This document shows, piece by piece, positions 24,663 through 34,956 of a DNA stretch of 64,000 nt. Under the pieces are notes generated by a model, which searched no databases, was not told the DNA's origin, and was given only the letters and a program-made list of their open reading frames with translations. Each line of letters begins with the position of its first letter. The stretch's first letter is position 1. The position numbers and the translations under genes were made by a program. Origin of the DNA: Eledone cirrhosa (lineage: Eukaryota); contig OZ024745.1 in the NCBI GenBank assembly GCA_964016885.1, positions 108,190,001-108,254,000 of the forward strand, written 5' to 3'.

Positions 24663-24699
<37 letters not shown>

Positions 24700-24989
24700 T
24701 ATAAAATTAACGAGGATTGCTGGTATTAATTCAACAGTCCCTAGCCAGCATCTAGCTCACTCAATGAATCTGCCAAATTGCAGTAATGCAGTTACAATTA
24801 GCTGCTCAGAGTGCACACATTTAGTTAATAGCAGATATGGTGGCAGTGTTAATGTAGAGAGAAAGGTAATATATATATAATTAATGTGTTAGGAAAAATA
24901 TACAAGGCGTGATGAGAAAAAATATTATTTAATTATACATTTTTACATGTTTTATTATTGAGTTATGTCACTGTCTATCTTATCCTATA

Positions 24990-25043
<54 letters not shown>

Positions 25044-25165
25044 TTATTAGTACAGATTAAAAGTTTAAGCAATAAATGTTTGCTCTATAGGTTTATATAT
25101 ATACATTCCTTATTGAGTTTTCTTCAGATTTTGTCTTTGTATTTATTATTACTATATATATATAT

Positions 25166-25610
25166 ACTAGACCTGAAAAATGTGCAAGCTCAAAAGAGCC
25201 ACAGAATGTTATAATAAACCTTCAAAAGTGTGGGACTAGAGTTGTTGCTCAAAAATATTGTAATCATTATCTATCGTACACTTTGTGGCATCCTTTTATA
25301 AAAAAGAGACTCATAATGAACTCAAGACGACACAATAATTATTTAAGCTAATGTTCAATATCTCATATTAGATGTTTAGTAATGATTAATACGAAATGCA
25401 CTTAAACCGAATTCTATATTATTATTCACTTAAATAATTATCGTGTTGTCTTGAGTTCGTTATGAGTCTCTTTTTTATAAAAGGATGCCACAGAGTGTAC
25501 GATAGATAATGATTACAATATTTTTGAGCAACAACTCTAGTCCCACACTTTTGAAGGTTTATTATAACATTCTGTGGCTCTTTTGAGCTTGCGCGTTTTT
25601 CAGGTGTAGT
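25166..25610. repeat. ~182-bp inverted repeat (25166-25347 / 25429-25610), 81-bp spacer
   Basis: Direct reverse-complement match; several mismatches are CpG transitions; starts next to (TA)n. Confidence 0.9.
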
Positions 25611-26033
25611 TTAATATTTTTTTAAGGCAACGCTTGTAATAACTCTAGTTAAACATGATATATATTAATAATAAATTATCGTTGTAATGTAATTAGATTA
25701 TATAATTGTTATTTTATAAATGACCTTATAAATATTATTGTAAGTTGTATAAAAATATTTTCAGACTTTTAATATAAACAACTACAAAAAACAATCAATA
25801 TTAAATAAATATATTTTACATAATAATTGTTAGAGTTGAATTAATAAAAATTAAATATTACATACAAATAGTCTAACATAATAATAAAAAAATAATCTAA
25901 CATAAAACGAACAATAATATGGACAAATATACAAGTAAATATGATACAACCAATATTATAAGCATGTTATAACGAACTGAAAAAAAATAGTTAATATAAA
26001 TTAAAAAAATCATATATAAATTAACAATATATA

Positions 26034-26170
26034 ACTTACCAAAACAAGAAAAATATTTTGATGATAAACGACGAAATACAGGAGAAAAATTCGAAAGCGA
26101 AACGATAAATAAACGTGAAATTAGCCAATAAGACGATACATTACAAAACATGTTTGGCAGCGAACATCAC
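26034..26170 (-). promoter_or_regulatory. Possible first exon / promoter of a minus-strand gene
   Basis: Locally CpG-rich patch, G|GTAAGT donor at 26034-26039, AGCCAAT at 26123-26129. Confidence 0.25.
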
Positions 26171-27294
26171 CATGGCCAGCAACACCCCTTGAATTTTTTA
26201 TTCACAAGCTACACATATATGTCAGACACGCAGACTTAAAACATTTTGTTGTTAGTCACTGCGTGTCTAACATATATATATATATAAAGAGAATCAGGTT
26301 TCTACCACCTTAAATCCATCAATGACAGCTAAACCAATTAAAATGACATTTAGTTCCATAAATGGTTCTATTTGTGTGCTTCGTGATTTGTTTCAATGTC
26401 TTATGTAATATTCCATTCATAATGCTTCTGTCTTAAGTATAATGTATTGCATTCTTTAAGTTGTCTGTTTGAGTTTTCCGTTGGTGATTTCTTTTTTCTT
26501 TTTCTTTCTTTTTTTTTTTGTTTGTTTTAATTTCATCTGGGTTTGTTTTACTTTTCGTCTTTATTTGTTTGAATTTCTTGCAAAAAAGAATTTTTTGGGA
26601 AACTTTTCTCCTGCTATTATATAATCATCATCATCCTTCTCACATCCGTTTCTTATTAGAAATTCAGAAAATGTATTATCATATTACAAAAGTATAAGGC
26701 TATATTACAGACAGGCTCATGAGAGAAAAGTAAATTTAAACATAATAGAATAAATTTGTGTTAGAAGTCTAAATAAAATCTACTTTTAATAAAACAGTAT
26801 CTTAATCGTAACAAAACACGATTTTGTTTGGCTGAATTATTTCTGTTATTCAATGCATGGTAGAATTTGTTTAACAGATTCAAATTTTAGTTTTAAAGCT
26901 TCTCAAATTTAAATGCATATATGAAGAATAAATTCTACAGCATTATAATTTAAAAAACAACAACATTATTCATTCATATTTAATCAGAGGGAAATAAATA
27001 ATATCAATTAACATTTAGTTAAAGCCATGTTTTAATTTAATGTATATAGCTAACATGTTTAAATGTTTAAATTGTATAGAACCTTGAAAGTAATAAGATA
27101 AAATCACTCATACACATACACATCATAATGTCTGTTTTCCTTACTCGCAGCCAAGTGATTCACAATACTCAGAGTAGTAATAAAAATAATCCCAGATCTG
27201 TGAGGAATACATTCTAATTTGATATTGAATAATTTCTCTAATTTCTTATTAGGTTAAATGTATACACACACATACACAAGGTTATATATATATA

Positions 27295-28228
27295 TCTGTA
27301 TATATATAAAATTAAAAGTAAGTATGTGTGTGTGTCTGTGTATTACCTATAGAGGCCTACATCTTACGACCGATTTTCATGAAATTTTACAGGCTCATAG
27401 ATTAGCCATCGGGGAGTGTTTTCTATATATCATTGTATCGTTTTTTTTTATTCCGGGGTCATTCTGCAGATAAAAATCGATAGAGGGGGGGGGGGTCACC
27501 TTTTTTTAGGTATCGAAAAATAAGATTTTGGGCTCTAGCTCCCACATTTTGCCACGGATTTCGTTCAAATTTTAAAGCAAAATAGAATTTATCATTGCAC
27601 ATCCTGTAATGGCTTTATATTTTGCATTTGTTGTTCAGGGGCGGCGTGGCAGCCGCTTAAATATTCAAAAATACCACTTTTAGACTCAAATTTCCACTTT
27701 TTCGGCTCTAGCTCCCACATTAATCAACCTACTTTGTTCAAATTTTACATTACGCTAGATCTGATTATTTCACGTCTTAAAGTGGCTTTACATTTTGGAT
27801 CTTTTGTTCAGGAACGGCGTGGCAGCTGCTTAAATATTCGAAAATACCACCTTTTCGGCTCTAGCTCCCACATTTTTCAACCGATTTCGTTCAAATTTGA
27901 AACAATTCCATCCAATTATCCAGTTGATGGTCAAAGGCAAAACGATGGCCACTGACATCGTCTGAGCTTTTAGTTGTGTATTTGAGAATTCATTGGTTTC
28001 CAATCAAGTAGTGTGAGGAAATTTGGCTTAGTGTTTACCTCCCTCCCCCAGCATGCCCCTTTGTCAGTCACCCGCGTTTCTCAGAGATAGACGTCATCAC
28101 CACCCTCCCCTGCATGGCCTGTGTGTGGTCATAGATGAGTCATCGAGAAGCAGTCGCTAACATCAACACCTTTTCATCAAAGCAGATATTATTTTACCTA
28201 TCCAGGCAACGCTGGGTACTGCTGCTAG
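27295..28228 (+). mobile_element. Non-autonomous Helitron
   Basis: A|TC 5' end, subterminal hairpin TCCAG-GCAACG-CTGGG, CTAG|T 3' end, no TSD, internal repeats GGCTCTAGCTCCCACATTT x3. Confidence 0.75.
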
Positions 28229-28852
28229 TATATATATATATAATTGTTTCTACATTTGGCACAAGGCCAGCAATTACCCAGTACATTATTGGTACTTTAT
28301 TTTATCAACCCTGTCAGGATGAAAGGCAAAGTTAACTTCGACAGGATTTGAACTCAGACCGTAAGGGGACGTAACTATGCTGGAAAGCATGGCGTCCGAC
28401 CCTCTACCGATACTGCCAATTCACAATAACCATATTCCGCTCTGTTGCTTTTCCTTCTTAGATCTTCTTATATACCTTTGCAAGGATGGAAAAAAATGTT
28501 TAAATGATGTTGATGATGGTTATATATATATATATAACCATCATCAACCTCTTAACTCAATGTACACCCCACCGCCACACCCTACCCCCACCCTCCCTCT
28601 CCCATTCTGTCCACTGTGTCGATGACACAACAGTCCACACTGTAAGGTGGCCGTGTAGGAGACATGGTGAAAAGGCTCCCAGTCCACACTGTAAATGTGG
28701 TTGGTGTTAGGAAGGGCATCCAGCTGTTAAAAAAACCCTGCCAGAGATGCTTCCGTGCGAGCAAGACATGGTCTCCCAACCATTCCTGCATCAAATGGAA
28801 CAAAACCGTCTAACCCATGCTAGCGTGGAAGATGGACGTTAAACGATGATGA

Positions 28853-28883
<31 letters not shown>

Positions 28884-28984
28884 CTAGACCACCCGTGACC
28901 CATTGGGTCATGTTCACTTAAAAATAATTCTTAAATAACTAAAATATACAGACATGTATATAATGCAAAATGAAATTGGAAGGT

Positions 28985-29046
<62 letters not shown>

Positions 29047-29865
29047 TCATCATCATCATCATTTTACGTCCGCTTTTCCCTACTTGAAAGGGTGGGACAG
29101 GTCCTATTTAGCACAGCATCTCTCCACTTATCACGGTCCTTCGTCATCTCCTCCGTGAGCTTCAGCGATCTCAGGTCTGCTCTCACCACCTCTGCCCATA
29201 TTTTTTGTGGTCTTCCTCTACTGCGTCTTCCTTCTATTGGGATTTCTTGGCACTTCTTTACACAGCGGTCATCCTCCATGCGCATCACATGTCCATACCA
29301 TCTCAGTCTTCTAAATAGGAAGGGTTTCCAAATGTGTGTGTGTGTGTATATAATATGTATGTGTGTGTGTATATAGACACACACAGGCACACATATAAAT
29401 TATATATACACACACACACATATTATATACACACACACTTAGAAACCCTTCCTATTTAGCAGGAAATATTTGCTACACACATACATATGACTTAATATTC
29501 AGTCACCAAATTCGAACTAGATACAGTAATGCTGTATTCAATGTTTGGAAGTCACTTATAATTTCATTCGACAGCACCACTAGCTCTCTCTCTTCCATTT
29601 TCCTTCTCTATCCCCTTCTCTCTCTTTCAATCTACTCTCTCACAACCACTATCTCTTTCTCTATCTTTCTTTCACTCCATTTATAAAGGTACCCGTAAAA
29701 ACCCCATATCTTGGGAACCTGTGCTCCGATTTATGCGAAACTAAATGTTTTATTCCATTGGAATTCCCATTTCAGGGGCAACTTCCTTTCAAAGTATTTT
29801 CCCATTATGTGCTGTTTCAACTGTATTAACTTACAGACAAGCACACAATCACAGAGTTTTAGTAG

Positions 29866-29870
<5 letters not shown>
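28884..29870 (-). mobile_element. Probable non-autonomous Helitron with nested RTE fragment (~29045-29312)
   Basis: Minus-strand 3' hairpin TGACCC-AAT-GGGTCA then CTAG|T; 5' end resembles TATACTACTAAAACTCTG; nested [13 protein letters not shown]...GRPQKIW. Confidence 0.5.
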
Positions 29871-29902
<32 letters not shown>

Positions 29903-30112
29903 GTATATATATATAATTGTTTCTACTTTAGGCACAAGGCCAGCAATTACCCAGTGCATTACTGGTACTTTATTTTATCGACCCCGTAAGGATGAAAGGC
30001 AAAGTTAACCTCGGCGGGATTTGAACTCAGACCGTAAAGGGACGTAACTATGCTGGAAAACATGGCGTCCGACTCTCTACCGATACTGCCAATCCACCAC
30101 CATATATATATA

Positions 30113-30332
30113 TATAATGACTGCTCTTTCACCAAACATTTTTTCTGTTTTTCCTTATCTCATTCTCGTCTATCATTCTATTTCTTCTTTTATTTCTTAT
30201 TCTATCTTCTGATGAAGGACTATCATCTGAAACGTTAAAACACTTTTTCTATTATATCTATCAAGCATTAAACTAATATACATCTTCATTGTACTGTATT
30301 GTTACTTTGTTGTTTTCCATTTACCTCTCGCA
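30113..30332 (+). mobile_element. Short PLE-like remnant with minimal hammerhead core
   Basis: CTGATGA (30209) AGGACTATCATCT GAAA CGTT; stem I weak; similar to 34614-34828. Confidence 0.5.
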
Positions 30333-30377
30333 TATATATATATATATATAGGAAAATATGCTTCATAGAATCGAGAA

Positions 30378-30472
30378 GTATCTGACGACAGTGTTGATTT
30401 CAGAGTCAGGTGTGATCATCATATCGATTGTGCCTTGAGCTGGTCGCCTGAGAAACATTTGTAATGTAATAT
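30378..30472 (+). ncRNA. Type I hammerhead motif in TA-flanked element 30351-30520
   Basis: GTAT, CTGACGA (30382-30388), long stem II with AGGTGTGATC/GATTGTGCCT, GAAA 30452-30455, stem III CATT/AATG, GUA, ATAT; downstream CAATAAATTCCTTTC is shared with the large PLE. Confidence 0.7.
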
Positions 30473-30516
30473 GTCCAATAAATTCCTTTCGTCGTAACAC
30501 TGATTCTGTTTTTTCT

Positions 30517-30548
<32 letters not shown>

Positions 30549-30550
<2 letters not shown>

Positions 30551-30745
30551 AAAGTTAAACAAGGTTCAATGAATAAATCAAAGAATGAGTTTTACAATAG
30601 ATTGGAAGCACTCAATAGTAATGGTTTTCCAGAGTTATTAATATTAATTCAAAATATTAACAAAATAGATATTCTTGTGATCAAGTATATTTTATTATAC
30701 ATATTTCAGAGGTACTGAGTTAACTTCAACAGTACGTCCCCATCA
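30549..30745 (-). mobile_element. Diverged single-arm copy of the 6598-6994 family, truncated at the hammerhead core
   Basis: Aligns by eye with 6598-6793, including the tail and AGCACTC motif. Confidence 0.75.
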
Positions 30746-30758
30746 TATATATATATAT

Positions 30759-31467
30759 AGACGACAGCTGTATAAAGACGACAGCTGTATAAAGACGACA
30801 GCTGTATAAAGACGACAGCTGTATAAAAAAGTGCAGGGCAATAAAGATAGATGGTAGCCACGGAGTAGGCAGACCCAGAAAAACCTGGGACGACCTGATA
30901 AATTCCGACCTCACACACTTGCACCTCTCCAAGACAATGTCACTGGACCGAGATCTTCGGCGGTACTCAGTAATAGAGAAGACCCTCCTTACCTAAATAC
31001 AAAGTAAAACCTACTACAGTCAGTAGGCATCTCTAACAAAATACACCCCCGTCCCACCACCCCCACCCCATCCACACCACCCCTTTCAATGTAAAGTTAT
31101 GTTGGTGCCACAACATCCAGGCCGAAGCAAATGAGATCGTGTAGGTGTCACGACAAAAAAACACACAGTCCACGCTGTAATGTGGCCGTGTAGGTAACAC
31201 GGTAAAAACCTCCCAGACCCACACTGTAAATGTGGTTGGTGTTAGGAAGGGCATCCAGCTGTAGAAAACCCGCCAGACAGTCCACGCTGTAATGTGGCCG
31301 TGTAGGCAACACGGTAAAAACCTCCCAGCCCCACACTGTAAATGTGGTTGGTGTTAGGAAGGGCAGACAGTCCTATGCGAGCAAGACAACTACTCTTGCC
31401 TCAAGTGGGAAAACTCCCGTCCAAACCCATGCAAGCGTGGAACATGGACGTTAAACGATGATGATGA
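30759..31467 (+). mobile_element. Short 3' fragment of the 34957 RTE family with a 17-bp x4 repeat at its 5' junction
   Basis: Matches ~36108-36680; AGACGACAGCTGTATAA x4 at 30759-30826; internal UTR duplication. Confidence 0.85.
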
Positions 31468-31479
31468 TATATATGTATG

Positions 31480-31552
<73 letters not shown>

Positions 31553-32280
31553 ATATATATATATGTATATATATATATAGAGAGAGAGAGAGAAAGAAAG
31601 AGAAAGAGGGAGAGGGACATCGTGTTGTGGCCATGATAAAATGCACCTAGTATATTCTATAAAGTATATATATATATATTATATATATATATATTATATA
31701 TATATACACACACACATGTACATATAAATATAATGTATACACTCACAAACCACACACAAATAATCATTCATATAAGCAGTCTGTCTCTCACTCTTGTCCA
31801 TGCACATGAATGAAAATTATGGAAGTATTTTCTTTTCCCACAGTTACTTGTTTTTTTTTCTACAAGACAACTGTTATTGGACTTTCCATTTCCTAGTGTG
31901 TTTCTTTTTAACAAGTTTATATACTTAAAACCTGTATTTCAAACTCAATGCAAGTGTAAAACTATGCTTGACATTTAACAAGATATGTGTGTATCTTTTA
32001 GTGAGTATATATACATGTGTATGTATGTATGTATGTATGTCTATATAAATGTGTGTAAGTGGTTGCTGACTAAATGTTCCATATTAATCACTATTCTACA
32101 TGTTGTGTGTATATATACATGTGTGTATGTGCGTGTGTGTGGATATATATATGTGTGTATATATCTATATCTATGTAAATATATATGTATATAAGTGTGT
32201 GTGTCTACACATAAAACACACACACACCCATATGTGTGTGTGTGTGTATATATATATATATGTATATATGTATATATATA

Positions 32281-32350
<70 letters not shown>

Positions 32351-32454
32351 GATATATGTGTTTGTGTGTGTATATATATGTAGATATATGTGTGTGTATA
32401 TATATATATTTATATATATATATATATACATATGTGTGTATGTATATATATATA

Positions 32455-32485
<31 letters not shown>

Positions 32486-32490
32486 GTGTG

Positions 32491-32521
<31 letters not shown>

Positions 32522-32608
32522 GTGTATAAATATATATATATGTGTATATATACATATATATATATATATATACATGTATATATATTTATATATATTTATA
32601 TATATATA

Positions 32609-32689
<81 letters not shown>

Positions 32690-32914
32690 CCGACACAGGT
32701 ATGTAAACACACACATAAGTATATGGGGACAGACAGACATTCCTGTAATCTGTCTCAGAAAAAAATAAAATGTATATATGTAAACAGATCCAAAGAATGT
32801 CAAATTAGTGCCACTGAAATGGGTTGAGCACAGGAAAATAACTCATTCCCAGAGTAGCCCTTATGTCGATGATGAGGATGAGGATGATGATGATGCTATT
32901 GCAGTCATTGTTTT

Positions 32915-32946
<32 letters not shown>

Positions 32947-33083
32947 CTATCAATGTTGACACTGTTGTTGTTCAGGTTTTCTTCATAACAGTTCGTTAAT
33001 GGTTTTATATCTCTTAATATAGGAACAAATTTATTTCTTTGCAACCAGGTGGAGAATGAGAGACACAGAAATGTGCTTTGTAC

Positions 33084-33120
<37 letters not shown>

Positions 33121-33138
33121 AATTTATGTGTGCGTGTG

Positions 33139-33178
<40 letters not shown>

Positions 33179-33380
33179 CACACAAATATATATGTGTATG
33201 TGTATGTATGTGTGCAGTTCTGTGCTTACCAGAACCAATTCCCACCATAAAAATTCCAAGTGAAATCCAATGAAGCAGCCAGAAACATTGTTTGTTTTAG
33301 TATGTGTATATGTATTTTATAGTGTGTGTACGTGTGTGTGTATGTATATGTATATATATATATATATATGCATTTTATAG

Positions 33381-33414
<34 letters not shown>

Positions 33415-33423
33415 CATTTTATA

Positions 33424-33481
<58 letters not shown>

Positions 33482-33512
33482 GTATTTTATAGTGTATTTA
33501 TGTATTTAATAG

Positions 33513-33549
<37 letters not shown>

Positions 33550-34157
33550 TATAGTATATATATATTTTATAGTATATTTATATGTATTTTATAGTATATA
33601 TATAGTATATATATATATATATGTATTTTACGGTGTGATTTGATGTGTGCATGTGTGTATGCAAGTGTGTGTATAATAGTAAGAGAAGGAGATAGAAAGA
33701 GAGTTTGTTTATATTATATACAGCTTGTTTGTATTGATGTGAATGTTTGTGTGTGTCCGTGTGTGTGTGTGTCTGTGTGTGTGTGTGTGTGCGCGTGTGT
33801 GTGTGTGTGTGTGCATACGTTTAGTTAGGTGTTTATATACATCTTTACCTTCAATGACACGTACACATATACTAATGTATAGATAGCTGCTTATATATGC
33901 ATGTATATATGCTTATGTATGTGCAAACATGGAAACATGAAGAAGCTGATAAAGATGATGATGATATACACATACTCATAGTCACATATAAACATATACA
34001 TACGTGCATATATGTGTATATATAAACACACATACACACATATATATATAAATATATATCCTTATAGGTGTAATCAATATATAGATTATATACCAATGTG
34101 TATTTTACTCTATGCTCACATTTAGTACTCTATTTTTGTCCATGTAAATTCATTTGC

Positions 34158-34189
<32 letters not shown>

Positions 34190-34288
34190 CATATCTGTAT
34201 ATGTATATATCTCCCATCTAACCCATGCTAGCGTGGAAGATGGACGTTAAACGAAGATGATGATGATGATGATGATACATATACACAT

Positions 34289-34319
<31 letters not shown>

Positions 34320-34423
34320 CATATAAACATACATACACATACATACATGTATATCATATTATATATATATAAATGTGTGTACATATATTTATTTGTATAA
34401 CTATCTATATCGATATACATACA

Positions 34424-34459
<36 letters not shown>

Positions 34460-34600
34460 GGAAAAAGTATGACCCCGACGGCAGAGCTCAAGCCGTTTCG
34501 ACGGGGGCATACTTTTTCCTATTACCCACTCTACTACCCTAAGTATTGAGTACTCTGGTGCATTATGGTCCACCTGGTTTCTTACCACAATTCCTTCGTT
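34460..34600. mobile_element. Short (TA)n-embedded element with hammerhead-derived motif
   Basis: Minus strand: GGAAAAAGTATGCCCC-CGTC-GAAA-CGGC..GCCG-TC-GGGGTCATACTTTTTCC; a terminal fragment recurs at ~44625-44651. Confidence 0.65.
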
Positions 34601-34613
34601 ATATATATATATA

Positions 34614-34828
34614 TACCGTTTTTCCTCCTTTTCCTCTCCCCCCCCTTTTTTCTAAATGTCGCTCCTCCACTCCCCTACACACCCTCGGAACTCTCTTCCC
34701 ACACACTTTTCGTCTGAAGAAGGGCTTATGCCCGAAACGTCCCCTCCCCCCACTCTCAAGAGCGTGAAACTAATAAACCTTTGTTCGTACTGCCTCTCTG
34801 TTTTGTTCCCGTTCCATTTTCCACTAAT
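34614..34828 (+). mobile_element. Short PLE-like remnant with minimal hammerhead core
   Basis: CTGAAGA (34714) A GGGC TTAT GCCC GAAA CGTC; stem I not paired; (TA)n flanks. Confidence 0.55.
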
Positions 34829-34874
34829 ATATATATATATATAAATATCGATATATATATATTTATGTATAAAT

Positions 34875-34912
<38 letters not shown>

Positions 34913-34956
34913 AAATATCGATATATATATATATATATATATGTATAAATATCGAT

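Larger units (their letters stand above)
20409..24665 (+). mobile_element. Penelope-like retroelement with inverted pseudo-LTRs, inserted in (TA)n
   Basis: Arms 20519-21611 and 23555-24665 are reverse complements (about three substitutions seen plus microsatellite length change); extra 110-bp tail 20409-20518; RT/GIY-YIG ORF between the arms. Confidence 0.92.

Noticed and set aside
32805-33050. Poly-Asn or poly-Asp/Val ORF
   Set aside because: Explained by (GTT)n and (GAT)n repeats; no convincing splice sites.
31985-33640. Many ORFs rich in YI/CV/HT repeats (also throughout the window)
   Set aside because: Stop-free translations of (TA)n/(CA)n microsatellites, not genes.
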